Positions 11,560 to 25,140 of a DNA stretch of 64,000 bases are shown here, one piece after another. The DNA comes from Sminthopsis crassicaudata (taxonomy: Eukaryota). Under the pieces are notes generated by a model. That model was given only the letters and a program-made list of their open reading frames with translations. It had not been told where the DNA came from and searched no databases. Every line of letters starts with the position of its first letter. Position 1 is the first letter of the stretch. The position numbers and the translations under genes were made by a program. The DNA is taken from assembly GCF_048593235.1 (NCBI RefSeq), contig NC_133618.1, positions 623,118,889 to 623,182,888 on the forward strand. The letters run 5' to 3'.

Positions 11560-12560
11560 CTGATTCCTTCCCTTCTGCTTAAAGATATATGCAAAATTCC
11601 CCTAAGTTTAAAACATTTCTTTCCTTAACCTTGTGGTTCATCTCATTTCACCTTTTCACTACCAAACTTCAAGAAAGTTGGGTTCAATCATTAGCTTCAC
11701 TTTTCTCACTACCAACAACCATACTCAGACTCCAGACTCCCCTGTTCTATTGCTTTCACCTCATTGATCAACAAATTCACTGGTCTTTTCTCAGTGGTTT
11801 TTCTTGACAACTCTGAATCACTCATAAAGCTGTCTACTACCTCCTTCACTCTATGAATGGGTTGGTTTGCCTAGCTTTAAAAAACAAAACAAAACAAAAA
11901 AAACTATTCCTTCTTTCTTCTCTGTCTCTATCATTACCTTTTCTTCTTCCTCCCTTCCCAGAATCCTGTTCTAGAAATCTCATTTCTCTTTTTTCTTCTT
12001 ATTCTTTACCACCTGTCCCTAAACTTTCTCCTTTGCAAGGCTCATCTGCTGCCAAGGATTTAAATGTGACCTCTTTGGATCATGCCCAAATCTTTATTTC
12101 CTTCTCCAATCCCTCATGAGTTGCAAAGACACATTTCTGACAATGTCTCCATATCTTTGCCAGAATCTAACTCAAAATATCTCAAGCTGAAATCATCTTT
12201 TCCCCAAAACTTATTCCTCTTCCTTACTTCCTCATAATCTATTAATAGTACCAGCATTCTGCCAGACACTCACACTTGAAACCTCAGAATCCTCTTTTAC
12301 CATTTCTCCTCCTTCTTCTAGTTGATCTATCAAATGGTAGCAATTTTACTTTATAGCATTTCTGAACTACCTTGCAATGCCTCCAATTTTGCTAGCTCAG
12401 AACCTCGGTACATCTGCTAGACTTTTGCAATATTCATTCTTCAATATTCAAATATAATTTCCCCATCTCATCCATCATATACATTGCTACCAGCTTTTCT
12501 AATGCCACAAATGGATCCAGTCTTCCTATAATAGAAACTTATTTATATGCAATACAGTAT
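11560..12560 (+). mobile_element. Ancient L2 ORF2 fragment
   Basis: Degenerate L2 RT-region DNA (ccttttcactaccaaacttcaagaaagttg...), pyrimidine-rich sense strand. Confidence 0.6.
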
Positions 12561-12879
12561 AGTTTTAAATATGCCTTCATGTGATATCATTTGGTATAGA
12601 CAATATCTGTGAGCTAGGTCAAAGAAAGTTGTATTGCTCCTGTTGTACAAATGAGGAAACTGAAGCTCAGGCAGTAGAAATTTCCTTAAGGTCAGACAGG
12701 TACATCTAGGATTCTAATTCAAGTTCATCTGACAAATTCAGGTTTTTTCACTTTTTAACAAAATTCAATAAACTTTTCTTAACTCCTGCTTTGATCAGAA
12801 AGCAGGAAAGTGAGGGCAATTTTTACAGCAAGTTTCTCTGATTAAAGCTTTATTCCTTAAGTATTCAGAAAACTGAATC

Positions 12880-13830
12880 AAATTTATAAGAATTCAAGTC
12901 ATTATCCAATTGATAAAAGATCAAAGGATATGAACAGGCAGTTTTAAGAAGAATTCAAAGATGTTCTATAATCATGTAAAAATGCTAAATTCGGCATTGA
13001 TTAGAGAAATGCAAATTAAAACAACTCTGAAGTTGGCTAATATGACAGAAAAGGAAAAGAACAAATGCTGGGGTGAGGTGGAAAAAAATGGAGATGCTAA
13101 TGTACTATTGGTGGAATTATGAATTAATCTAACTATTCTAGAAAGCAATTTAGAACTGTGCTCAAAAGGCTATAAAATAGCATTCCCTTTGATCTAGCAA
13201 TACCTACTATTAGGTCTGTATTCCAGAGAGATTAAAGAAAAAGAAAGTTTGTATGTGTACAAACACATTTATAGCAGCATTTTTTGTGGTGGCAAAAATA
13301 TAAAAAATTGAAGAGATGCCCATTGTTGAAGTTGAACAAGTTGTAGTATATGGTTGTGATGGAATTCTATTGTCATATAAGAAATGATGAATAGGATATT
13401 TCAGAAAAATTTGGGAAGATATATATGAAGTGAGAAGAACCAAGAGAACTTTGTAGATAGTAAGAGCAATATTGTTTCATGATTAACTGTGAATGATTTA
13501 GCTATCCTCAACAATACAATGATCTAGAACAATTCTAAAGGAATTGTGTTTTTAAAAAATGCTATTTATCTCCAGAAAAAGCCTCAATGCAAATCAAAGC
13601 ATACTTTTTTTTTTTTTTGGCTTGCTTTCTTTTTCTTTTTAGGGACAGTAGGTAGGTCTGTGTTTTCTTTTGTAATATGGCTAATATGGAAATATGCTTT
13701 ATATGATTATATATATATATATAACTTAGATCAAATTGCCTGCCTTCTCAAGAAGGAGGGAAGAAAAGGAGAAAGGGGGGAACTTGGAACTCAAAATTTT
13801 TTAAATGAATGCTAAAAATTGTTTTTACAT
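12880..13830 (+). mobile_element. Old L1 3' fragment
   Basis: ccaattgataaaagatcaaaggatatgaacaggcagttt...attagagaaatgcaaattaaaacaactctga: L1 ORF2 C-terminal region plus 3'UTR. Confidence 0.85.
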
Positions 13831-14437
13831 GTGAGTGAGAGAAAAAATATAAACAAAGTTTCTGCTTTGTATGAGGCACTGAGGATACAAAGAAATAGTC
13901 TCTGACTTTAAGGAGCTTAGATGGCACTGGAACAGGGGAAGAGATTTGTAAGTATGCAGGGAAATGAAAAGTCATCTGGGGGATGAGAAAATACAAACAA
14001 CTTGGAGGGAGGCATCAGAACACAGTTTGGCAAAAGGAAACAGCTGTAGTTTAAAAAAGGTCCAGATTCTAAAAAGGCAGAGGAAAGAAGAATGAAAAGA
14101 GATGGGAGCTTGGGGAACAGCTGCTAGCAGACTTGTTTGCCTTTCACTTCAAGTATATGATGAGCAGTGATATGGAATAATCCTGGAAAGGTATCTTAGT
14201 ACCTGATTATGAAGGGTCTCAAATATCAGATTGAGGACACGTATTCATCACACAGTAGGTAGTCAGTGAAGGTTTTTGAGCAAGTGAGCCACATGGTCAG
14301 CCTTGTACCTTAGAAAAAATTAATTTGGTGGCTCTATGTAGGATAGTGTAGGATAGATTAGAGATGGGAGAAAACAAAAGAAGGAAGGTTTCTCCTCAAA
14401 ACCTGAAATCCAAAATCTTCAGCAAATTCTTATATCT

Positions 14438-14628
14438 TGGTTAAGCCTAAGAGTTCTTCACCTTTTTTGGGTCATGATTTTCTTTGGAAATTTGCTGGTC
14501 TGTAGATACTTCAAAATAATGTTTTCTTGCTTATATTCATAATTGAAAGCAATGCTAAATTTCATTTAGAGCTTAGTAGAAATACATGTATAAGATTTCC
14601 CCATCCAGATTGTGGATTCCCTGAAATC
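14438..14628. mobile_element. Ancient hAT-Charlie-type MITE
   Basis: Ends resemble caggggttcttaacct...aggttaagaacccctg. Related copies at about 40340-40580 and 46440-46640. Confidence 0.5.
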
Positions 14629-15239
14629 TATCTGTGTTGTGCAGATCTCAGGTTAAGAAATCATGCTCTAACCTGAGTTTCTAGTCATATCTTATCTTAT
14701 TCTTATTGGTGCCTTGTTTTGCTCTAAGCGGATTTGCTTGGCGAGATTTGAAAATAGAGAATATGGGTCCAGCTCCCAGCTGTATTACTTGGGACTCTGT
14801 AGTGCTTGTAATAAGTCATTTACATTTTATGGGCTTCTCTCCCCATGTAAAATGAGGAGATGAAAGATGTCTTACTACCATGCTGTCTAAGATCCTTCCA
14901 TTGTTAAGTCTATAACCTTAAGAATTTGTTTTCTATGTGTTTTGCTTGTACTTTTCTACCTGCATTTCCTATATTTTCCCCTTTCTTTCTGTCTTTCTGT
15001 GACTCCTTGTTTCTCAATCTTTGCTTGTCTCTGTCTGTGTCTCTATCTCTGTCTCTGTTTCTGTGTCTTTCTTTCTCTCCCTTGCTGATGCTTTGAAGGT
15101 GCGGCTCAAACACTACCTTTTTATTTTAGGCATCCTTCACTGATGGCAACTGTAAACTCTAAGTTATAAGAAATAAATGAATAACAAGGCAATTCCAATA
15201 GACTTGGGATGGAAAGTGCCATCTGCATGCACAGAGAAT

Positions 15240-15535
15240 AACACTGAATGTAGATCAAAGCATAGTATTTTTTACTTTTGTTGTTGTTTGCTAGCTTGCT
15301 TGTTATTTTCTTTCTCAATTTTTTTCCTTTTTAATCCATTTTTCTTGTGCAGCATGATGAATATGGAAATATGTTTAAAATAATTGCACATATTTAATGT
15401 ATATCAGATTGCTTGTTGTTGGGACGGGAAGAAGGAGAAAAATTTGGAACAAAAGGTTTTGCAAAGATGAATGTCAAACTGTCTTTTCATGTATTTGGGA
15501 AAATAAAATACTATTAAAATTTTAAAAAATGAATA
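15240..15535 (+). mobile_element. L1 3'UTR fragment
   Basis: Reverse complement of the L1 tail family seen at 6488, 26134, 47755 and 52441. Confidence 0.75.
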
Positions 15536-15889
15536 AGAATAAATGAATTGGTTCAGTTCTGCCTATGACATAATGCTCCCTCTGTGACCCTGGACAAGTC
15601 ACTTAACTTCCTACAGTTGATGGTAAGAGAGGTGTCAAACTCACAACAGCTTGAAGCCTGAACCAGATTACAATGTAATTGGGAACACAACTAATTCTGA
15701 GGTATAACACAGATAATATTTGTTGGTGCTTTTCCAAATCACCAGGATCCAGCAGGGATTGCTTTCTATTTGAGTTTGGCACCACTGTTCTAAACCAGTG
15801 AAATCAAGGTCCTTAGACTTGTATAAATGGCAGCTAGTGTTTAATATGTTAAACTATTCTTATGTCAGATTGAGTTTCATTTGAATCCT

Positions 15890-16080
15890 AGTATGAGGGC
15901 AGCCAGATATCACAGTGGATAGTTCATTGACTTAAGAGCTAGAAAGACTCATCTCCCTGATATCAAATTTGGCCTCAATTTTCTTATTAGCTGGAGAAGG
16001 AAATAGACTCCAGTATTTCTGCCAAGAAAACCCCAAATAGGGTCATGAAGATACAGAGATGATGATGACAATAAGTGAAC
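15890..16080 (-). mobile_element. MAR1-type marsupial CORE-SINE
   Basis: ctggagaaggaaat...tctgccaagaaaaccccaaatagggtcatgaag is the antisense of the MAR1 head. Confidence 0.7.
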
Positions 16081-16399
16081 AACAGCAACATGGAGGCAGG
16101 AAGCTACAGTAGAAATTAAAAACAAACAGCAAACAATAACAACAACAACAAAAAGTTGGATTTGGTTTAAAAGAACCTGGATTCAATTTTTTTGACTCTA
16201 AAATTCACTCTATGATTGTATGTCAGAATCTTATTTCTTTAGTCTGTTCTTTTCTTTTCAAGATGCAAGAATAGGACTAACTCACTAATGGAATAAATCT
16301 GTGATACTAGGTATCCTGATTAGTATAAGGAAGAGATTAGTTTTACACACACATACACATACCCCTTTGTATTGGTTAGTATTTGTATATGTTGATATT

Positions 16400-16960
16400 G
16401 ACGGTTCCCTCATCCAACTAATGACAGATAATCCTCTGAGACAGGTCATTGGATCACATAATTAGGCTCTAGAAAGATGCTGGTAGGCAGGAATGATGGA
16501 TGGGCTGCATCTAACAACATACAGATTTAATAAACATAAATGTAAAATCCTGCATTTAGTTTCCAAAAAAGAATAAAAATTCCTAAGTATAGAATGGGGC
16601 AGGAGAGAGAAAGGCCTTGAGCAATACATCCAAGCATCTTAGCTCAACATTTCATTTGTAGTCATTATCCCAGAGACAGTGGGATCTTTTAGATCAGATA
16701 ATTGATATGGTCAGACCTGTGCATTCTGGAGGAAAAACAACTAGCTTTAAGAGACTAGGAGTTCAATGACTCTGAATTCTGATGTAGTTGCAAAAATAAA
16801 AAAGTGAATTTGATCTTAGGCTACATTAAGAAAAAATAACATTCAGAACAATTGTATTCTTCCCTGTTTAGAAGACCACATCTGGAACATTTTTTGGGTA
16901 TCATATTTTTCAGAGTTATATTGACAAGCTGAAATTTATCTGAAAGAGTGTACCTCCTTC
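16400..16960 (+). mobile_element. L3/CR1 RT remnant
   Basis: Degenerate CR1 motifs (gatttaataaacataaatgtaaaatcctgcatttag; gaccacatctggaac). Confidence 0.7.
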
Positions 16961-16974
16961 AAGGGACCCCTTTC

Positions 16975-17190
16975 AAAGGTCCTCAAGACAACATTATTTT
17001 TCTTCTAAACATACTTCCACAATTATGCTACACAAGGAAAATCAAATCAAAAAGGGGAAAAAATGAGGAAGAAAGAAAAGCAAGCAAACAACAACAAAAA
17101 AGTGAAAATGTTATGTTGTGATCCACATTCAGTCTCCACAGTCTTCTTTCTGAATGCAGATGGCTCTTTCCATCACAAGTCTATTGGAAT
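16975..17190 (-). mobile_element. L1 3'UTR fragment
   Basis: caagcaaacaacaacaaaaaagtgaaaatgttatgttgtgatccacattcag, same family as 26134 and 52441. Confidence 0.75.
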
Positions 17191-17332
17191 AAGACAACCT
17201 TATTATATAAGCAGTGATGAAGGAGCTAAATGTAGGAAAATGTAAAGAGCAAAATGTAGGAGAAAAAAATCACGAATTGTTAGAACTGAAATGGACTTTG
17301 GGTGTCATCCCAGGCTGCTAGATGGCTTAATG

Positions 17333-17522
17333 CAGTGGTCCTCAAACTTTTTAAATAGGAGGCCAGTTCACTGTCCCTCAGACTGTTGGAGGCCAGACTG
17401 TAGTAAAAACAAAAGCTCACATTCTGTCTCCGCCTCTCAGCCCATTTGCCATAACCCAGTGAGCGGCATAAATGATCTCAGTGGGCGCATCAGGGCTGCA
17501 GGCTTTAGTTTGAGAACTCCTG
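17333..17522 (+). mobile_element. 190-bp non-autonomous hAT MITE, OC1/OposCharlie1-like
   Basis: 16-bp TIRs CAGTGGTCCTCAAACT / AGTTTGAGAACTCCTG (13/16 match) and a perfect 8-bp TSD GCTTAATG (17325-17332, 17523-17530) with central TA. The 5' sequence matches the recalled OC1 start. Confidence 0.9.
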
Positions 17523-18261
17523 GCTTAATGGATCGAGTGTCTGACTTGAAGTCTTAAAAAACCAACTCCAAGCCAACCCTAGATGCTTACTGACTATTTG
17601 ACCTCTGGAAAAGTTATTTCATTTTCCTCATCTATAAAATAAAATTAATATAGTAACTTCTTACTTTTAAATTGTGCAAGTTTCCAAGTGCTACTTAAAT
17701 ACTAGTTCTTATTAAATGCAAAATATATGCAGAGCGGTTTCTGTTGGTGAGGAAGCAGCAGCAAGGGGAAGATCAGGACAGAGCTCTCTAAGGAGGTGAC
17801 ACTTGATGTGAGCTTTGAATGAGTTTAGGTTTTTTCCCATCGTAGATCCATTCAATTAAATTCCATTCTTTGAATAGATAGACCCCAGGACAGCCTGTTC
17901 AAATGTACAGAGGCCAGAAATAGAGCACCAATGGGGAAGAGCTTTTTGTCTGGAACAAAAAGTACATGAGGCAAAGTAATAAGTAATGTTTAATTAGCCT
18001 GGGAAAGAAAATGTATTGGAAGCAGTTTGCAAAGGGTTTAATTGCTCAACAGAAGAGTTTGTGAGGCAATAGGGACCCACAGACATTTCTTAAGCAAAGT
18101 GACATTGCTTAAGAAGTGACATGGTTGTACTTATGCTTTAAAATGCGGAAGAGGAAGAATATGGATTCAGCATGACCATTTGTTTACAGGCTAGAGGTAA
18201 TGAGTACCTATATGATGATGATGGCTGTTTGAGGGAAGAGAAAGGAATGGAAGTTGGATCT

Positions 18262-18730
18262 GATTGCGATTGTTGTTTGTTCTTCATTCTGGAGGAGGAC
18301 CATGACATCCAGAACATGATGCCATTACATGCAAGTGAATTGAATTGAAACCAGGGAAGGCTGTACAAGGTCACCTGCCTCATTTTCCCCTCCAGAGCTA
18401 TCTGGGTCCAGTGGCCGGATATAGATTAGGAAGACTGGGGATGGTCCTGGATGCATTGGGAGATCTGGACTTTTTAAAGCTAAGGTCTTCAACAGGTTTC
18501 AGTTTGACTGAGGCCATATCCATTTGGTAATTAAAGCTAAGTAAAAGTCAAGGCAAAGAATGGCTTCTTTCACCTAATCAAGAAAATAAAAATCTAAATA
18601 AATAAATAAACAGACAAATAAATAAATAAGGAAAGGGAAGAGAAAGGAAGGGAAAGGAAGGGAAGGGAAGATTCTCAGGGTTTCTGGCCAAAACAGAAAT
18701 GGCTGCTGTTTGCATTCACTATGAGTCAAG
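18262..18730 (+). mobile_element. RTE-related marsupial SINE (RTESINE/WALLSI-type)
   Basis: ttgttgtttgttcttcattctggaggaggaccatgacatc...gcaagtgaattg head. A reverse-complement head fragment lies at about 37900-37955. Confidence 0.6.
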
Positions 18731-18769
18731 CAGGACCCAAACAATGACCTCTATTATGACTGAAGGAAT

Positions 18770-19100
18770 GGGGAATGTTTAATGTGAGGGAAGAAATTTG
18801 CTAATGATATGAGAGTAATCTTCAAGTACTTGAAAGGATGTCTTGTGGAATAAAAACTAAATATATTCAGAGTAGACCATGATGGTAGAATTAGGACCAA
18901 TAAGTGGAAGCCAGAGAGAGGCAGATTTTTGTTTTTGTTAGGGCAAAATATATCCCAAGTATCAGAGCTATTTAAAAAAGAAATGGAAAAGGCTGCTTTG
19001 CAGTAGGAAGTGCCCTTTTATCCATTCCTAGATATCCTTGGACTGTCTAGATTTGCTTTAGCTGTAGACTGAGCAATGTTAAAGGTTCCTTCTGACTTCA
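18770..19100 (+). mobile_element. L3/CR1 3' remnant
   Basis: atcttcaagtacttgaaaggatgtcttgtggaa...agaattaggaccaataagtggaag, typical L3 3' region. Confidence 0.65.
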
Positions 19101-21435
19101 AATTCCTTATTGTGTTTTCTAATTATTTCTATTTGTGGCTTCTTTCCCCTTATTAGATTGTAAGCTCTTTGAGAGCAGGCACTGTTTTTATGTATTTCCA
19201 ATACATGGTGTAGTACCTGGCACATAGTAAATATTTAGTAAATTCTTATTGAATTTGTTTTGTTAACTAAAATGCGACTTCTCCCTAAAAGATAGTTAAG
19301 AATCCCACCATCATCTCATTTACCAACCTCATCAGGCTTACAGGTTCCAAAACTTATTGTAATGATTTGCATTGGTAGGAGTTGACATTACATCCTGAGG
19401 GAATTAGAATTTTTTGTTCTTGTTTTTTGACATCTGTCAGAAGTCCCACAATGACTTTACTTCCTCAGAAGTGTCTGAGACTCAGAAAGGTGACTTGCCT
19501 ATATATAGTTACAGAATGGCAAAGTTTTAGAGTAGGGAGAAGTTAGTTTTGAAATATTAAGGGGTGAGTGATAAGGACCTGGGGAAAAATCTATTTGGAT
19601 TTGATTTAGTGAGCTTTATGAGAGCAGACATTTCCACTTTCGTTGGAGAAACTTGTCATTCTCTCAGTTCTCCTTTTAAGTTTTGATGCACAATCATGAT
19701 ACAGTTGTTGATTTTCAATAGATAATAAGCTTGCCTCCTCTTCACTCCACTGCATTTATTTCAAAACTGGAGAAAATCCTTTGGCATCTCCCCAAGAGTC
19801 CACCATCGAATCAAAGAGCTAGTGTTTTAAGGCAAAAAGGAATGTTAAAAGATTATCCCTTTCAATATATAGATTGGAAAACTGAGACCTGGAGAAGGGA
19901 CTTGCAGTGAGAAGTTAGTTTACAGGTCTCCCAACTTCCAGTTCCACTTCACATATGCAGGATGCCACAGTGCTCAGGTACTTCCTAGCTTAGTATTAGA
20001 GAACCTTAAGTGTCACTTTGCTTTTTTGGCTGTGGATAGTTCATGTCTATGATGTAGCCAAGAACATTCATTCTGTAGATTAGTCACCTCCTGCTTTTTT
20101 CTCCAGCCTTAGACCTAGAACTTCTTGTTGATTCTCCCCCTCTTCCTGCTCTGCTTACACCAAAAGGTGAATCTAGTTATGGAAGTTGTTGCTCCCTGGG
20201 CCTCAACTCACTTTAATTCAGTACAACTCAATAATTCAGTAAGTACTTATTAAAAGCAAAGACATTCTCCTGGGTATCATAGATAAAAATATGAAAAACA
20301 AAGAAAGATCCCCTGCTCTCAAGGAGTATCCATTCTTAAAGAATCATACTCCCTCTGAAATGAGTTATAGAAATGTAGATTCACAACTGGAAGGGGCCTT
20401 AGACATCACTTAGCCCCTCTTTGTCCTTTTATAAAAAAGGAAACTGAGACCCTAAAAATTAAAATGACTTAAACTTTCCCAGGGAGGAAACAATAAAGCC
20501 AGAATACAAGCTCAGGTCCTTATATTTCAAATCCAGACTTGTTTCCATGCTATTTCATAAATATGCACACATTAGGCAACAATATATTAGAACACAATGA
20601 AGTACATAGGTCAAAAAGAGAAGGCTGAGACATCAAGGAGGGAAGGCTCATTCCCTTATCAGGGAAGTCTTTGTGAAGTAGTGGCAAGTGAGATGGGTTT
20701 TGAAAGAAAAGAAGGATTTTAAAAGTGGGTGAAGCCCAGGGAATGGACGGCAACTAAAAATGCAGAGACAAGATCAGAAAGAGCAAGACCCAGAACAGTG
20801 ACTAGTCTTGTTTGTCAGAAGCACATTATATGAGGAGAAATGGGGGATGTGTTGGGGGTGGGGAAGCATTCCACTTTTCCTTTCTCAACACCAGGAATTC
20901 GATTTTAGAATGTCTCTATTTCTTTGTAAATGACTAGGCATTTCTAACCCATATTGTGTGCTTTCTTTTATCTCAGCTCTTGATCATGTTTAACAAGACA
21001 GACCAGCAGAGTCCACCTTGTATCAAACTGACTAGCAGATTAGGACATGTGCCCTGAAACTTGCATAAACACATAGATATAGAGATGTGTATGTATATGT
21101 GTGTGTATGTATACATACACACACAAACACATACATACAACCCAGCCCCCCAAACCTTGCGTTTTATTAATCCAGAATAACTCCTAAAGTATCTTCTCAT
21201 TCTATATCTACAAGTGTATAAGGAATGAAAAAGCATTTATTAAGTGTGTGTATATACATACACACACACATATATGTATTATATATCAGGCACTGTGCAC
21301 TGGAGATACAAATACAAGGCAGAAAAATAGTCCCTTGCCCGCATACATTGGAATAGGTAAAGATAACATAACATAACAGGAAACCTGCTCCTTAGAGTTA
21401 CCAATCTACTATGTTTTATAATTTTTAGAAGGACA

Positions 21436-21560
21436 GTTGAAATAATAAGGGAGTGTTGGGATCCTGGATATCTTAGAATCAGCCGGAGTTAGGATCAGCA
21501 AAAGTCTTTATTCTTGGTCTTTTGGGGTCGCAGTCAGGGGAGAGTGGAGGCAGGAGAGAA
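21436..21560 (-). mobile_element. Possible ERV LTR fragment
   Basis: Begins TGTTGGG and contains antisense AATAAA (tttatt). Resembles recalled marsupial LTR ends. No TSD found. Confidence 0.4.
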
Positions 21561-21779
21561 AACAAATGTATTAAACATCTACTGTGTTCTAGGTGCCATG
21601 TAAAGTACTTTACAAATGCCATTTGATCTTCACCAGAATCCTATGACATGGATGCTGTTATGATCCCCATTTTACAGTTGAGGAAATTGGGACAGTCAGA
21701 AGTTCAATGATTTGTTTAAAGTCATACAGCTTGTAACTACCTGAAGTGGGATTTGAAGTACTGAAGTCCTACTCAATCA

Positions 21780-22330
21780 TCCTGGCTGTCAAATAGTCTT
21801 CTTAAGACTAATTTGTCACCACCAGTTCAATAGTTTCTCATCATTTCTAAAATCAAATATAAACTCTTCTACTTGGCACTCAGAGCTATTCACAACTAGT
21901 TCTTCTCCCACCTTTTCTGTCTAATGACTCTCCCCAAAGCTCCCCCACAAGTGACACTGACTTCTTTTCTGTTTTTGTAACAAAACCCTTCATCTCTCAC
22001 CTGTGGGCATTTGCACTGGCTGTGAACCCTGACTGCCTTCAAATTAAAATTTTATCCCTGATTTCTTTTAATGTTAATACCTACCCTATATTGATTATTT
22101 TAATTTTCTCATATATATATGTATATATATATATATGTATACACATACACACACACACATATATATATATACATATATATATATATCTTATTTATAAATA
22201 GTTATTTTTCTTATGTTCTCCCCCAATAGCCCAAGCTCCTCAAAGGCAAAGATAGTCTTTTGCCTTTCTTTGTATCCCCAGCACTTAGCACAATGTCTGA
22301 CATATAATGTATTCTTAATACTGGAATCAG
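21780..22330 (+). mobile_element. L2 3' fragment with (TA)n/(CA)n insert
   Basis: tttgtatccccagcacttagcacaatgtctgacatataatgtattcttaata L2 tail. Confidence 0.65.
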
Positions 22331-23157
22331 GAATATCTGAGTTCCCATGTGGCTTCAGACACTGTGGCAAGTCACTTAATCCTCAGTCTCCTCATCTGTA
22401 AATGACAAACCATTCCAATATCTTTGCCAAGATAACCCCAATTTGAGTCACAAAGAGTCACGACAAAATGCTTATTGATTGTTGTTTGATTGTTAACTTC
22501 CCCCTCCAGAGGTCTCCAGGGCTGCTTCTTTCCTCCTCTCTCAACTTCTCTCATATTCCTATTGACTATTGAGAACCAAATCAGATTATTCTGTGGATAA
22601 AGGCAGGGCTTTATCCAGATAGAGATCTCCCTCCTTAGAGGGAGGAGAAGATGGTTCCTAAGAATCTGGCTGTTAAATTCTGGGAGGGAGGAGGAGAAGA
22701 AGAGCTTAAGATTCAGAAGGAAATGCTAATGAGATCAGCTGAAACTCTACCTATTTTTGCTTTGTTCAGTTTTATTCTCCCGTCCTGTTTTTTTGCTGGA
22801 GCCTTTTTTAAGACTAGTTCTTCTGCAACTATTGTGTCTGGAGTAATTGATCTGAGCAAGCTGACCTATATCTTTTCTCCTCAAAGCCTGGCTCCCAAAA
22901 ATAGCTTGTCTGTTCCTGCTTTTGCTGTCTCCCTACCTGCTCACTTCTCCACCTCTTAAAATTAAGATTTGACTCCAGCACTCTAAGCTATTCTCTCTTA
23001 GGCTACCACAAATCTTTCAACTGCTAAATTAGATAGACTTTTCTGGTTTTATCCTCTTTTAACTAGATTGGATATTGATGATCATCTTCTTTTCTCTGGG
23101 ACACTCATTTGTTCTTCAGAACAATTTTATGAAGTAGGTACCCAAAGATTAATGGAT

Positions 23158-23220
23158 TCATGGATAGATGGATGGATGGACAGATGGATAGATGGATGAA
23201 GATGGGTGGATGGATGGATA
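23158..23220. repeat. (GATG)n microsatellite
   Basis: ggatggatggacagatggatagatggatg. Confidence 0.85.
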
Positions 23221-23659
23221 AAATATTTATCTAGCACTTGAGTAAGCACTTACCATATAATGAAGGAGGTAGCTAGGTGTAAGTTCAAATTCAGCTTTAA
23301 ACATTCACTAGTTATATGACCCCTGGTAAGCTATTTAACCTCTGTTTGCCTTGATGCGCTGGAGAAAGAAATGCAAACCATGCCATGATTTATGGCAAGA
23401 AAGCCCTATGTACCACATAGTCCACAGGATTACAAAGAATCAGTGCCCACCACTAAATGACTAAACAATAGCAACACTATATACTGAATGCTGTATTAAG
23501 CACTAGTGATACAAATACAAGCCACTACTTCCTCCTGTGAGCTCCTTCCTTCCTACCTACCTACTTCCTACAAGCTCACAATCCAATAGGGAAAGATGAC
23601 AATTCAATTTAATTCAATTGAATAAATTTTTATTAAGCAGCTCTTATGTTCTAGGAACT

Positions 23660-23831
23660 NNNNNNNNNNNNNNNNNNNNNNNNNNNNNNNNNNNNNNNNN
23701 NNNNNNNNNNNNNNNNNNNNNNNNNNNNNNNNNNNNNNNNNNNNNNNNNNNNNNNNNNNNNNNNNNNNNNNNNNNNNNNNNNNNNNNNNNNNNNNNNNNN
23801 NNNNNNNNNNNNNNNNNNNNNNNNNNNNNNN
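23660..23831. other. Assembly gap
   Basis: 172 N. Confidence 1.
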
Positions 23832-24074
23832 GAGCTTACAATCTAATGGAGCTCATACAAAAGGAAGCTGCAGTGGGTTTGATTCCAGCAGGTATCTGGC
23901 GTATTAGGGATCATGTTCCATGGAGTTATAACTAAGTGGAACTGGGGATATAGGTGGAAAGTTAGATCCCTACCCTCTATAAAGGAAAGATTAAAGGATC
24001 TTCTTGTCCTTTAATCAGAACAGAGAGGAAACTGAAGAATTTGGGAAAATGTTGAGTCTTCAAAGCTTAGTTGG

Positions 24075-24310
24075 TTATTGTTGAGTCATTTTAGTCATGT
24101 TTGATTTTTTCCTGACCCCATTTGGGGTTTTCTTGGCAAAGATATTGGAAAAATTTTCCATTTCCTTCTCTAGCTCATTTTACAGATGAGGAAACTGAGG
24201 GAAATATGTTCATTGACTTGCCTAGGGTCACTCGCCCAGTTAATAAATATCTGAGGTCAAATGTGAACTCAGAAAGATGAGTTTTTCTGACTCTAAGCCC
24301 CATGTTCCAC
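24075..24310 (+). mobile_element. MAR1-type SINE
   Basis: gaccccatttggggttttcttggcaaagatattggaa...ttttacagatgaggaaactgagg. Confidence 0.8.
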
Positions 24311-24346
24311 CTGCTTCTGCCTTAGGGAATGTGTATATTTTAAGTT

Positions 24347-24348
<2 letters not shown>

Positions 24349-24380
<32 letters not shown>
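24349..24380. repeat. (TG)n microsatellite
   Basis: About 16 TG units. Confidence 0.95.
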
Positions 24381-24383
<3 letters not shown>

Positions 24384-24924
24384 CTGTGCATTTTAAGTTA
24401 TATCAGTTTATCTGGGAGAAGCATCATGTTCCCTAGAGTTCAAACTAAGCAGAACTACAAATACCCTGTGGAGAGTTTTTAACACATTTAGGGTGGCCAT
24501 AATTACAAGTCATCACCTGTTATCACTCTGTTAGAGATGAAAAAAGTAAGAAATAAATTTTAAGAACTTGCTTAGAACCATATAACTGCTGTAATAGCAA
24601 GAATTTGAACCCATGTCTACTTGTTTTCCAATCCATCCTCCTATCTTCTATGGCAAACAAAAGAAACATGGAATTATTTTTACCTTTTAATTTTCATAAT
24701 ATTCCTGCATCTCCTTATCAAAATGTCAATTATTATATTCTAGTCCTGTCATAAAAGTAATTTTTAAAAAATGACTACTATATCTCCTGAGAGACTAATT
24801 CATACAGACCACAAAATAGCACCATTCACATCATAGATTAAGAATGGGAAAGAAAGTTAAAGGCCATTCAGGACAACTTTCATTAAACAGTTAAGGAAAC
24901 TGAGACCCCGTAAAGTTAATTGTT

Positions 24925-25140
24925 GTTAAGTCATTTTTCTGTTCTCTGACTTTCTGTGACCCCATTTGGGAATGTTTACCATTTCCTTCTCCAGCATATT
25001 TTACAGATGAGGAAACTGAGGCAAATAAGGTCAAGTGACTTGACCAGGATCACCCAACTAGTATCTGAGACTATAGATTGTACTCAGGGAGTGGACACTT
25101 CTTGACTCTAGGTCTGGCATTCTCTCTATTGCATCACTGT
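24925..25140 (+). mobile_element. MAR1-type SINE
   Basis: gtgaccccatttggg...acagatgaggaaactgaggcaaataagg. Confidence 0.75.

Noticed and set aside
17952-17966. GGAACAaaaAGTACA steroid-response-element-like site (DEPP1 is progesterone-induced)
   Set aside because: Inside L2-derived sequence, 34 kb from DEPP1, a single imperfect match.
20107-20170. Cryptic exon-like segment (ttttttctccag| ... aag|gtgaat) in intron 1
   Set aside because: Such site pairs are common in 30 kb of intron; no further support.
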